64,000 nucleotides of DNA from an uncultured beta proteobacterium. Lineage in GTDB: Bacteria > Pseudomonadota > Gammaproteobacteria > Burkholderiales > Burkholderiaceae_C. The stretch covers positions 62,559 through 126,558 of the forward strand of contig CAWIOH010000023.1 in the NCBI GenBank assembly GCA_963837675.1, given 5' to 3'. The notes beneath the pieces are model-generated. The model was not told where the DNA came from. It made no database searches and saw nothing but the letters and a program-made list of their open reading frames with translations. The first letter of the stretch is position 1. Every line of letters begins with the position of its first letter. The translations under genes were made by a program, and so were the position numbers. Positions 26,797 through 37,586 of this stretch are shown here, in pieces.

Positions 26797-27117
26797 GTGT
26801 CCGCCGGGCGTCGCCAACTGTTTGCCTACTGGCGCACGGCCCTCTCCGATGCCCCGGCGGCCTGCACTGCCGCCCGCCAATTGCAGGCCGCTTTGCGCAG
26901 CCGTCACCCTGGGCTGGACTGCCGACTGTTTCTGCGCAGCGACGCTGACGCTGCGCAGAGCACGCTGATGGAGACCTATGCGCTCGACGCCAGCGTGAAT
27001 GCCGACGGCATCGGCCTGGCGCTACAACAAGACATCGACATGAGCGCCGGCGCGGCGCTGACGCGATGGCAGCGCGGCAAGCGCCATGTCGAGGTTTTCG
27101 AGGCGCTCGACCCATAG
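26797..27117 (+). CDS. DUF4936-like small protein
   Basis: LFAYWR...TLMETY...RHVEVF pattern; follows ygfZ. Confidence 0.65.
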   Translation: MSAGRRQLFAYWRTALSDAPAACTAARQLQAALRSRHPGLDCRLFLRSDADAAQSTLMETYALDASVNADGIGLALQQDIDMSAGAALTRWQRGKRHVEVFEALDP

Positions 27118-27145
27118 CGCGGCGCGCTGCACGCGCGGCCCATCG

Positions 27146-27990
27146 CTACAGCGCACACACCATCGCCACATGCGCGATGCCGGCCTCGTCGAAGACATCG
27201 CCGCGCTGCGTGAAGCCGGCGCGCGCATAGAAGCCTGCCGCGCGGAGCTGCGCATGCAGCAGCAGCTCGCGCTCGCCGCGCTCGCGCGCGCACCGCGTCA
27301 GGGCTTCAAGCAAAGCCCGGCCGATGCCGGCGCCGCGCATCGTCTGCAGCACCGCCATGCGGCCGATCTTGGCCACGCCGGGCGAATGTTCGATCAGCCG
27401 GCCCGTGCCCACAGCCATCCCGAAGCGGTTGTAGGCCACGGCGTGCACGCAGCCGCCGTCGGCGGCGTCCCATTCCATTGCCGCCGGAATCTTCTGCTCC
27501 TGCACGAACACGCTCGTGCGGATTGCCTGTGCCTCGCGGCCGGCTTTATCCCACGAGCCGACGCGCACGTCGAGCATCGGCTGGCCGGCTTCGAAGGCCT
27601 GCAACAAGTCGCGCAGGGGCGCCGGCACGGGCAGGGAGGTCTGCGTGCCGGGGTCGGCGAAAACGTATGTGAGCTCGCCGCTGACCAGCAGGGTGTCGCC
27701 GCGATAGGCGGCCGCGGCAAACAGGATGGACGAGTTTGCGATGCGCGCGCAACGCACACCGACGTCGAGCTGGTCGTCGTAGTGTGCCGAGCCCAGGTAT
27801 TCGAGCGTCGCCTTGCGCACAGACAGGTCGCCGCCAAGGTGTTGCATGGCATCGCCATGGTGCGCCAGTAGCCCGCGACAGCGGTATCGAAATACATCAG
27901 GTAGTGACCGTTGAAGACGATCTTCTGCACGTCGACCTCGACCCAGCGCACACGCAGGTGTTCGAAGCAACGGAAGTCGGCACGGTTCAT
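27146..27990 (-). pseudogene. YbgC-like acyl-CoA thioesterase-GNAT fusion, frameshifted near 27850
   Basis: LRVRWVEVDVQKIVFNGHYLMYFD in one frame; rest of the hot-dog fold and GNAT domain (KIGRMAV, RGAGIG) in another. Confidence 0.75.
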
Positions 27991-28925
27991 CGCTCGAAGG
28001 CTCCTCTCAGGGACAGCGCGGGGGCTTGTTGCGCCTCGGCGGCCTCGCTCAGCACGCGGCCCATCTTGATGAAATCATGGGTCAGCCCGCGATACAGCTC
28101 CAGCGCCACGGGCACACCGGCCAGGCGCAGCTTGTCGGCGTAAGCCAGACCTTCGTCGACCAGCGGGTCGCATTCGGCCAGTATCACGCAGGCCGGCGCC
28201 ACGCCTTGCAGGTCGTCGTGTTCCAGCGGCGCAAAGCGCCAGTCGCGCCGATGGGTCGGCTCGATGTGCTGGTCGAAGAATCAGCCGATGGTGGCCGCAT
28301 CGAGCATGAAGCCGTTGGCGAAGAGGCGGTGCGACGCAGTGTCGGAGTGGGCGGTCGTGCCCGGCGTGATCAGCAACTGCAGCGCCAGCCGCAGGCCGCG
28401 ATCACGGGCGCGGATGGCGCACACCGCCGCCAGCGTGCCGCCGGCGCTATCGCCGCCGACGGCGAGCCGGGCACCGTCCACACCGACCGAAGCGCCCTGC
28501 CCTTGCAGCCAAGTCAGTGCGGACCACGCGTCCTCGACGGCTGTCGGGAAGCGGTGTTCGGGCGCAAGCCGATAGTCCAGCGCGACCACCGCCGCGCCGC
28601 TGCGTCGGGCCAGCTGGCGGCACAGACTGTCATGCGTCTGCAGCGAGCCGATGACGAAGCCGCCGCCGTGCAGATACAGCAGCACCGGTAGCACGTGCGT
28701 TGAATCGGCATACAAGCGCGCGCGCAGCGGCGTGCCGTCATGTGCCGGCAGGCTGAAGTCATGCACGCGCTGCAGCTTCAGGCGCGGCAGGTCGAGGACT
28801 TCCGCCGCCGCTTCGTAGGCCGCGCGCGCCTCGATCGGCAACATCGCATGGAAAGGCCGGCGCTGTGCACGCTGGATGCGCTGCAGCAAACTGTCCATGC
28901 GCGGTGTCAGCAGGGTCGTGCTCAA
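27987..28925 (-). pseudogene. HSL-family esterase/lipase with an in-frame TGA at 28281-28283; start uncertain
   Basis: HGGGF and GDSAGG motifs; the frame continues past the stop (ATIG*FFDQH...DPLVDEG...HDF). Confidence 0.8.
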
Positions 28926-28950
28926 GCGCGCGAGCATAGCCGCGGCCATG

Positions 28951-28982
28951 AAAAAAGCCCGAAGGCTTTTGGCCTTCGGGCT
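28951..28982 (-). terminator. Intrinsic terminator of aceA
   Basis: 11-bp stem AGCCCGAAGGC/GCCTTCGGGCT followed by a T-run on the minus strand. Confidence 0.85.
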
Positions 28983-29004
28983 GCGACTGGAGCGATCCGT
29001 GCGA

Positions 29005-30303
<1,299 letters not shown>

Positions 30304-30386
30304 TAGGGGCTCCTTGGTGGGTTGGTTGAGTGATCAGGGTGTGAAAGCAGGCCTCAGCTTAATCGCGCCGCTCTCGCTTGTGAAGA

Positions 30387-30410
30387 CTTATGTCTTATAT
30401 AAGACTGAAT
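30387..30410. promoter_or_regulatory. Palindromic operator upstream of aceA (SdhR/GntR-like)
   Basis: Perfect palindrome GTCTTATATAAGAC (30392-30405) within CTTATGTCTTATATAAGAC. Confidence 0.7.
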
Positions 30411-30557
30411 TTTACTTGCTGATAAATCAAGGAGTTATATCTTTCGCTCCATCATACGAAATCACCATCGACCTGACGAAAGCCAATGCTGCACCGCAGC
30501 GTAGGCTCGTGCCACAACACGAAAACTACGTTTCGCGATGTGAACCCGCGCCGTCGT

Positions 30558-31271
30558 TCACTGCCCACGCACCCGCGCCAGCCAATACGCATAGACATGG
30601 TCCGCAAGGCGCTGTTGCGCCGGCAACCACATTGCCATCGCGGCACGCATGTCGGCGCCGCTTTGCACGCTGCGGTGGCGCCGCTGCTGCGCGCGGTAGG
30701 CCGGCGTGTCCAGCGCCGACCAGCGACGCAGCTTCTCTTCGTCCACTTCCAGGTGGAACTGCATTGCCAGGTGCCGGCCGATGGCAAAAGCCTGATGCGG
30801 ACACGCCTCGCTGCCGGCCAGCGGCACGGCACCGGCCGGCAAGCCGAAAGCCTCCTCGTGCCACTGGAACACGTGGCATGGACCGGTGGCGCCAAACCAG
30901 GCCCGCGCCACTTCGTCATCGGCAACTTGCAGTGGCTGCCAGCCGATCTCCGGGGCAGGCGACTTCGTCACCGCAGCACCCAATGCACGCGCCATCAATT
31001 GCCCTCCCAGGCAATGTCCGATCACCGGCAGGTCGTGCGCCATCGCGTCGAGGATCAACGCCTCGGCGCGGCGCAGCGAAGGCAATGCGTCGTTGGCACT
31101 CATCTCACCACCCAGCACGGCCAGCGCCGAATAGCCGTCGATGCGCTCTGGATAGTCCTCGCCGGCCTGGCTGTCGCGCACCACGTGCGCCAGGTTGTAG
31201 CGGCGCAACCAGGTGGCCAGGTAGGCCGGGCCGTCGGAACTGAGGTGCTGCAGGATCAGGACCGGATTCAT
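30558..31271 (-). CDS. Class I glutamine amidotransferase-like protein
   Basis: GHCLGGQL nucleophile elbow and QFHLE triad motif. Confidence 0.9.
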   Translation of the reverse strand: MNPVLILQHLSSDGPAYLATWLRRYNLAHVVRDSQAGEDYPERIDGYSALAVLGGEMSANDALPSLRRAEALILDAMAHDLPVIGHCLGGQLMARALGAAVTKSPAPEIGWQPLQVADDEVARAWFGATGPCHVFQWHEEAFGLPAGAVPLAGSEACPHQAFAIGRHLAMQFHLEVDEEKLRRWSALDTPAYRAQQRRHRSVQSGADMRAAMAMWLPAQQRLADHVYAYWLARVRGQ

Positions 31272-31339
31272 CGTCGAGGCGTTGGGTGGGTCGGCGGCCG
31301 GACTCTATGATCCACCGGCTACAGCCCAAGCGTCTGCCG

Positions 31340-32275
31340 ATGCATTCATTCGCCTTCCTTTCCGACAACCGCTTCCTCAAGTGTCCTGACGCCGCGGCGG
31401 CCCACCCCTATGCGGTGGCCGGCATTGCCTGGGATGGCGCCACCACCAACCGGCCAGGTGCGCGTTTCGGCCCGCGCGCCATCCGTCAGGCAAGCCACAT
31501 GCTTTGCGACGGCGTGCATCCGCACTTCGATGTCAGCCCCGAGGGCCGGCTCGGCGATGCCGGCGATCTGGCCTTGCCCAACACCGGCCTGGCCGAGATG
31601 CGCAAGGCCATGACGCCGCTGGTCGATGCGCTGATCCGCCGACATCACATGGCCTGGCTCGGCGGCGACCACTCGATCACGCTGCCCTTGTTGCGCTGTT
31701 ATCGGCGCTGGCTCGGCCGCCCCTTGGCGGTGATCCACTTCGACGCACATTGCGACACCTGGAGCGACCATTTCGGCGAGCCCAGCGGTCATGGAACCTG
31801 GGTCTATGAGGCAGTGCAAGAAGGCCTCGTGATCAACGAGTGCTTTTTCCAGTTGGGCATCCGCTCGGCCGGGCAGCGCGATGCCCGGGAATATGTCAAC
31901 GACCAGGGCGGCAAGATCTTCACCGCACGCGAGCTGCGCGGCCTGGAAAGCGCCGGGCAACTGGCGCCGGTGATCGCGGTCATCCGCCAGCGGTTGTCGC
32001 TGCACGGCCAGCCGCCGCTGTACCTGAGCCTGGACATCGACGCGCTCGACCCGGCGTTCGCTCCGGGCACCGGCACGCCCGAGCCCGGCGGCCTGACGAC
32101 GAACCAGGTTTTCACGGTGCTCGAAGAGCTGGCCGGCTTGCCTTTCGTGGGCATGGATTGCGTCGAGGTGGCGCCGCCCTACGACCACGCCGAACTCAGC
32201 AGCTACGCCGCGGCGCGTTTCGTCTGGACCTACCTGTGCGGTTGCATCGCGCACGCCGCGGCGGCGCCGGGCTGA
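31340..32275 (+). CDS. speB: Agmatinase / ureohydrolase
   Basis: RPGARFGP, GGDHSIT, HFDAHCD and SLDIDALDPAFAPGTGTPEPGG motifs. Confidence 0.85.
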   Translation: MHSFAFLSDNRFLKCPDAAAAHPYAVAGIAWDGATTNRPGARFGPRAIRQASHMLCDGVHPHFDVSPEGRLGDAGDLALPNTGLAEMRKAMTPLVDALIRRHHMAWLGGDHSITLPLLRCYRRWLGRPLAVIHFDAHCDTWSDHFGEPSGHGTWVYEAVQEGLVINECFFQLGIRSAGQRDAREYVNDQGGKIFTARELRGLESAGQLAPVIAVIRQRLSLHGQPPLYLSLDIDALDPAFAPGTGTPEPGGLTTNQVFTVLEELAGLPFVGMDCVEVAPPYDHAELSSYAAARFVWTYLCGCIAHAAAAPG

Positions 32276-32289
32276 CATGGCGCCCTGCG

Positions 32290-32769
32290 CTACAACGCCA
32301 GCGCTGTGGTCTTCTTCAACGTGCGCAGCACCAACATCGAGTTCAGCCGTGCGACGCCGGGCAGGCGCATCAACACCTCGGTGTGCAGCCGCTCCAGATC
32401 TTCGGCATCGCGGTAGGCAAAGCGCAGCAGGTAGTCGTTGGAGCCGGCGACATAGAAGCAATCGAGGATCTCCGGCGCATCGCGCACCGCCTGCTCGAAG
32501 GCTTCGAGCTGTTGGTTGTTCATGCTCTCCAGGTTGATGATGGTGTAGCTCGTGCCGTGCCGGCCGACCGACTTGGGATTCAACAGCGCCACGTACTGGG
32601 CGATCACACCCATGTCCTCGAGCTGCTTGACGCGCCGCAAGCAGGCCGACGGCGACAGGTGCACCCGCTGCGCCAGGTCCACATTGGGCAGGCGCCCGTC
32701 ACGCTGCAGTTCGTCCAGGATCGCACGGTCGATCGAATCGAGTTGCGCCTCATTGGAAAGTGCTCGCAT
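32290..32769 (-). CDS. Lrp/AsnC-family transcriptional regulator
   Basis: LDSIDRAILDELQRDGR...LSPSACLRRVKQLE. Confidence 0.93.
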   Translation of the reverse strand: MRALSNEAQLDSIDRAILDELQRDGRLPNVDLAQRVHLSPSACLRRVKQLEDMGVIAQYVALLNPKSVGRHGTSYTIINLESMNNQQLEAFEQAVRDAPEILDCFYVAGSNDYLLRFAYRDAEDLERLHTEVLMRLPGVARLNSMLVLRTLKKTTALAL

Positions 32770-32905
32770 ATTGTTTCGCTCAGGCGTTCGATGGCGCCAT
32801 GATATTGCGCGCAGCCCAGAGTTGCATCGCCTCGTCGCCAGCACATTGCAAGCCCTTGTGCTTAGACTGCGTGGCACCTGCCTTGCCACTTCAGGAGTCT
32901 GACTC

Positions 32906-34213
32906 ATGAAACCCGAACTCGACGCTTTCTGGATGCCCTTCACCGCCAGCCGCCACTTCAAGAAGGCGCCACGCATGCTGGTGCGTTCATCCGGCATGCA
33001 CTACTGGGACGACAAGGGGCGGCAGGTGCTCGACGCCGTGGCCGGGCTGTGGTGCGTCAACGCCGGCCACACGCGGCCGAAGATCGTCAAGGCGATCCAG
33101 GACCAGGCCGCGGAGCTAGACTTCGCGCCGCCCTTCCAGATGGCCCATCCCAAGGCTTTCGAGCTGGCCGACAAGGTGGCCAAGCTGGCGCCCGCGGGCA
33201 TGAACAAGGTGTTCTTCACCAATTCCGGCTCGGAGTCGGTGGAAACCGCGCTGAAGATGGCGATCGCCTACCACCGTGCGCGCGGCGAAGGCACGCGCAC
33301 CCGCTTGATCGGACGCGAACGCGGCTATCACGGCGTCAACTTCGGCGGCATCTCGGTCGGCGGCATCTCTGGCAACCGCAAGATGTTCGGCAGCCTGCTG
33401 ACCGGTGTCGATCACATTCGCCACACGCACGATCCGGCGCGCAACGCGTTCAGCATGGGTCAGCCCGAACATGGCGCCGAAATCGCCAACGACCTGGAAC
33501 GTGTGGTCGCACTCCACGACGCCTCGACCATTGCCGCAGTCATCGTCGAGCCGATCGCCGGCTCCACCGGCGTGCTGATCCCGCCCAAGGGCTACCTGCA
33601 GCGGCTGCGCGAGATCTGCGACAGGCACGGCATCCTGCTGATCTTCGACGAGGTCATCACCGGCTTCGGTCGCACCGGCTCGCCCTTTGCCGCCACCACC
33701 TTCGGCGTCACGCCCGACCTGATGACGCTGGCCAAGGGCATCACCAACGGCTGCGTGCCGATGGGGGCGGTGTTGGCCAAGCAGGCGATCCACGATGTCT
33801 TCATGACCGGGCCCGAACACCTGATCGAATTCGCCCACGGCTACACCTATTCGGCACACCCGCTGGCCTGCGCGGCTGGCCTGGCGACGCTGGAAACCTA
33901 TGCCGACGAAAAGCTGCTGACACGCGCCGCGCAAATGCAGTCGTACTTCGGTGAGGCGCTGCATTCGCTGAAGGGCGAGCCGAACGTCATCGACATCCGC
34001 AACTTCGGCCTGGTCGGCGGCGTCGAGATGACGCCGCTGGCCGGTGAACCGACGAAGCGCGCGCTGGGCGTGTTTCTCGACTGCTGGGACAAGGGCGTGA
34101 TGGTGCGCTACACCGGCGACATCATCGCCGTGTCGCCACCGCTCATCATCGAGCGCGAGCAGATCGATCAGATCGTGGACACCCTGCGTGGTGCGATCCG
34201 CCGCGCGGCCTGA
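32906..34213 (+). CDS. Omega-amino acid (beta-alanine):pyruvate aminotransferase, class III
   Basis: FWMPFTA, SGSESV, FDEVITGFGR and PDLMTLAKG motifs. Confidence 0.88.
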   Translation: MKPELDAFWMPFTASRHFKKAPRMLVRSSGMHYWDDKGRQVLDAVAGLWCVNAGHTRPKIVKAIQDQAAELDFAPPFQMAHPKAFELADKVAKLAPAGMNKVFFTNSGSESVETALKMAIAYHRARGEGTRTRLIGRERGYHGVNFGGISVGGISGNRKMFGSLLTGVDHIRHTHDPARNAFSMGQPEHGAEIANDLERVVALHDASTIAAVIVEPIAGSTGVLIPPKGYLQRLREICDRHGILLIFDEVITGFGRTGSPFAATTFGVTPDLMTLAKGITNGCVPMGAVLAKQAIHDVFMTGPEHLIEFAHGYTYSAHPLACAAGLATLETYADEKLLTRAAQMQSYFGEALHSLKGEPNVIDIRNFGLVGGVEMTPLAGEPTKRALGVFLDCWDKGVMVRYTGDIIAVSPPLIIEREQIDQIVDTLRGAIRRAA

Positions 34214-34246
34214 GTCCACGCCTTTCAGCCCGCACCAAGGACCTGC

Positions 34247-35332
34247 CTAGTGTAGTGTTGCGTTCTGTTTGGAACTTAAGCGCGAATTCGCCCGAATTAC
34301 CTTCTGCAGGATGTCGGCGGCGCTTTTCGTCCATATGAAGGGTTTGGGCTCGGCGTTGTGGTGGGCGACGTACGCATCAATGGCGGCGGTCAACTCGGGC
34401 ACGCTGGTAAACACGCCTCGGCGCAGCCGATTGACGGTGATGTCGCGGAAGAATCGCTCCACCATGTTCAGCCAAGAGGCCGAGGTCGGCGTGAAGTGCA
34501 TGTTGAAGCGCGGGTGCTTCTTCAGCCAGTCCTGCACAACCGGATGCTTGTGGGTGGCGTAGTTGTCGGCGACCAGGTGCAGCGTTTTGTCTTTGGGTGT
34601 TTCGCGGTCAATCTTGCGCAGGAACTTCAACCACTCGGCATGAGTGTGGCGCTGCTGGCACTGGCCGATGACTTGGCCGTCGAGGACATTGAGCGCAGCA
34701 AACAGCGTGGTCGTGCCGTTGCGCTTGTAGTCGTGCGTCATTGTCTGCGCGCGCCCCTTCTTCAGCGGCAGGCCAGGCTGCGTGCGGTCCAGCGCCTGTA
34801 CCTGGCTCTTCTCGTCGCAGCACAGCACCAGCGCGTGCTCGGGTGGGGACATGTACAGACCCACGATGTCTTCGAGCTTGTCGACGAACTTCGGGTCGCG
34901 CGAGATCTTGAAGCCGCGCACCAAGTGCGGCTTCAAGCCGTTGGCCTGCCAGTGCCGCATCACGGTGCTGGGGCTGACCTGCAGCACCGCGGCCATCTTG
35001 CGTGTGCTCCAGTGCGTGGCCGCCTCGGGCGTGCTCTGCGTGGTCAGCGCCACCAGCTTGGCAACGTCCACCTTGACTGGCGGCGCGCCGCGCGGCAGGT
35101 CCCGCTCAATGCCTTGCACCCCGCACTCCAAGTAGCGTTCGCGCCAGCGCGCCACCTGCACCCGTCCGATGCCAAGCTGCTGGGCGATGTCCTTGTTCTG
35201 CAGGCCCTGCGCGGCCAGCAGCACAATCTGCGCGCGCTGCGCCAGCCTGACGCTGGTGCGCTTGGAGCGCGCCAGCTTCGCCAACTCGCCTTCCTGCTCA
35301 TCCGTCAGCTCTATCGCCGGGGCAACTCGCAA
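34247..35332 (-). CDS. IS630-family transposase
   Basis: DDE motifs LCCDEKSQ, VADNYATHK and SWLNMVERFF; TTG start with GGAG 7 nt upstream; stop codon formed by the target site. Confidence 0.92.
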   Translation of the reverse strand: MRVAPAIELTDEQEGELAKLARSKRTSVRLAQRAQIVLLAAQGLQNKDIAQQLGIGRVQVARWRERYLECGVQGIERDLPRGAPPVKVDVAKLVALTTQSTPEAATHWSTRKMAAVLQVSPSTVMRHWQANGLKPHLVRGFKISRDPKFVDKLEDIVGLYMSPPEHALVLCCDEKSQVQALDRTQPGLPLKKGRAQTMTHDYKRNGTTTLFAALNVLDGQVIGQCQQRHTHAEWLKFLRKIDRETPKDKTLHLVADNYATHKHPVVQDWLKKHPRFNMHFTPTSASWLNMVERFFRDITVNRLRRGVFTSVPELTAAIDAYVAHHNAEPKPFIWTKSAADILQKVIRANSRLSSKQNATLH

Positions 35333-35413
35333 TTGCTCGCTCCAATGCAAACCGAAGTAGCGCATTGGAAACAGGGAACACACGTAAGTTCCTTCAAGAA
35401 TCAAACACTACAC
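34250..35413 (-). mobile_element. Intact IS630-family element inserted at CTAG with TA duplication
   Basis: IRs GTGTAGTGTT/AACACTACAC (14 of 17 on extension); flanking TA at 34248-34249 and 35414-35415. Confidence 0.93.
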
Positions 35414-35428
35414 TAGCGCATACGCTTC

Positions 35429-36742
35429 ATGGACCTGCTGAGCGCCGATCGCGAACTCGCCCGCAATTCCTACTACGCCGCGACCGCCGCTCGCCGGCAG
35501 GACTTTCCGCCGCTGCAGGGCAGTGCCGTGTGCGATGTGGCCGTGGTGGGCGGCGGCCTGGCAGGGCTGTCGGCAGCGCTCGAGCTGGCGCAGCGTGGTT
35601 TTGCAGTGACTCTGCTCGAAGCCCGGCAGGTCGGCTGGGGAGCCAGCGGGCGCAATGGCGGACAGGCGATCCACGGCCTGGCCTGCGACCAGGAGCGCAT
35701 CGAATCCCAGCTCGGCGCCGACGACGCCAGAAGAGTCTGGGACATGTCGATCGAGGCGCTGGACCTGCTGCGCCAGCGCATCCGCGCCCACGCCATCGAT
35801 TGTGATTGGCGCGACGGCTACCTGAGTGTGGCCACGTCCGCAGCCAAGGCGCGCGCGTTGTTGGAAGCGACCGATCGCCTGGAGCGCAACTACGGCTACC
35901 CGCAGCAGCGCATCGGGCCGGCCGACATGCGCCGGTGGATCGCCAGTTCGAGCTATCACTGTGGTGTCCTCGATCCGCGCTCCGGCCATTTGCACCCGTT
36001 GAACTACACGCTCGGGCTGGCCCGCGCCGCCGCGGCGGCCGGCGTCAGCGTTCACGAAGACAGCGCAGTGACGGCGCTGCGGCCTGGAGCGGTGGCCACG
36101 CTGCGCACGGCACGGGGCGAACTGCGGGCCCGCCATGTGCTACTGGCGGGCAATGTCTATCTGCAGGGCATCGCGCCCCAACTCGAGGCACGCATCATGC
36201 CGGTGGGCACCTATATCGCCTGCACCGAAGTGCTGGAAGCCAGCCTCGCCACGTCGCTGATCCCTTCGGGTGCGGCGGTGTGCGACACCAATTTCGTGCT
36301 CGACTACTTCCGCACCACCCGCGATCGGCGCCTGCTCTATGGCGGGCGTGTCAGCTACAGCACCGTCACGCCCGGCAACCTGGCCAGGAGTATGCTGGCG
36401 CGTTGCCTCGGCACCTTCCCGCAACTGGCCGGCACGAAGATCGAGTTCGCGTGGGGCGGCTTCGTCGATATATCGATGAACCGCGCGCCCGACTTCGGCC
36501 GGCTGACGGCGGCCGGCGACAATGCACCCAACGTGTACTACCTGCAGGGTTTCTCTGGGCATGGGCTGGCGCTGTCGGGCTTGGCGGGCAAGCTCGTCGC
36601 CGAGGCGATTGCGGGCGATGCGTCGCGCTTCGACGTCTTTGCAAAGCTGAAGCACCGGCCCTTCCCAGGTGGCCGGGCCTTGCGCATGCCGGCGCTGGTG
36701 CTGGGCATGGCGTGGTACCGCCTAAAAGACCTGATGGCATGA
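35429..36742 (+). CDS. puuB: FAD-dependent gamma-glutamylputrescine oxidase-like protein
   Basis: VVGGGLAG, GASGRNGG, HLHPLNY and GFSGHG motifs; cluster context. Confidence 0.82.
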   Translation: MDLLSADRELARNSYYAATAARRQDFPPLQGSAVCDVAVVGGGLAGLSAALELAQRGFAVTLLEARQVGWGASGRNGGQAIHGLACDQERIESQLGADDARRVWDMSIEALDLLRQRIRAHAIDCDWRDGYLSVATSAAKARALLEATDRLERNYGYPQQRIGPADMRRWIASSSYHCGVLDPRSGHLHPLNYTLGLARAAAAAGVSVHEDSAVTALRPGAVATLRTARGELRARHVLLAGNVYLQGIAPQLEARIMPVGTYIACTEVLEASLATSLIPSGAAVCDTNFVLDYFRTTRDRRLLYGGRVSYSTVTPGNLARSMLARCLGTFPQLAGTKIEFAWGGFVDISMNRAPDFGRLTAAGDNAPNVYYLQGFSGHGLALSGLAGKLVAEAIAGDASRFDVFAKLKHRPFPGGRALRMPALVLGMAWYRLKDLMA

Positions 36743-37509
36743 ATCAAGACCGGCAAATGCCCTTGGTGCTGGTGCCCGCCTGCAACCGTCAGCTGGGCGA
36801 GCACCCGTTTCACGTCGCCGGCAGCAAGTACATCGACTTCGTGCGCCTGGCCGGCTGCGTGCCGCTGGTCGTGCCGAACGCAAGGCCCGAGGAGCAGGCT
36901 TCGCTGCTGGCACTGGCCGATGGCGTGCTGCTCACCGGCTCGCCGTCGAACGTGCACCCGCGCCACTTCGACGAAAGCGTGCACAACTCCGAGTTGCCGC
37001 TGGACGCCGACCGTGACGAATGGACGCTGCCCTTCATTCCCCAGGTGCTGGAGCGGGGCGTTCCGCTGTTCGCGATCTGCCGTGGCGCGCAGGAGACCAA
37101 CGTGGCGCTTGGCGGATCGCTGCACCAGGCGGTGCAGGAATTGCCGGGCATGGCCGATCACCGCGCCGACGGAAATTCCTCGGCCGAGCGTCAATACGGT
37201 CCGGCGCATGAGGTCCAGGCCGTGCCGGGCGGGCTGTTGGCGGGCATCGTCGGTGACGTCCGCTTCGATGTGAATTCGGTACATGCTCAAGCAGTCAACC
37301 GGTTGGCGCAGGACTTGCAGGTCGAGGCTCGCGCGCCGGACGGCCTGATCGAGGCGTTTACTCACCGCCGTGCGGTGGGCTTCAACCTTTGCGTGCAGTG
37401 GCATCCCGAATGGCGGGCCGCTGACAATCCGGTGTCGCTGCGGCTGGCCCGGGCCTTCGGCGATGCCTGCGGCAAGTACCGACGGCTGCGCGACGAACGC
37501 GGGCCTTGA
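36739..37509 (+). CDS. puuD: Gamma-glutamyl-GABA hydrolase (peptidase C26)
   Basis: LLTGSPSNV, AICRGAQE, NSVHAQA and VQWHPE motifs. Confidence 0.88.
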   Translation: MNQDRQMPLVLVPACNRQLGEHPFHVAGSKYIDFVRLAGCVPLVVPNARPEEQASLLALADGVLLTGSPSNVHPRHFDESVHNSELPLDADRDEWTLPFIPQVLERGVPLFAICRGAQETNVALGGSLHQAVQELPGMADHRADGNSSAERQYGPAHEVQAVPGGLLAGIVGDVRFDVNSVHAQAVNRLAQDLQVEARAPDGLIEAFTHRRAVGFNLCVQWHPEWRAADNPVSLRLARAFGDACGKYRRLRDERGP

Positions 37510-37586
37510 CGAGGCCGGGCAGCGATCGAGGGGTTCGGCGCAGGCGCCCCGAAAGCCGCCGCGCAGCAAGACAGCCAAGGTGATTC

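Noticed and set aside
28281-28283. Selenocysteine or TGA=Trp recoding in the esterase
   Set aside because: The position corresponds to Trp rather than Cys, and TGA is the usual stop codon throughout the window.
31272-31340. Guanidine riboswitch upstream of the ureohydrolase
   Set aside because: The region is short and shows no paired ACGR hairpins or other ykkC-type features.
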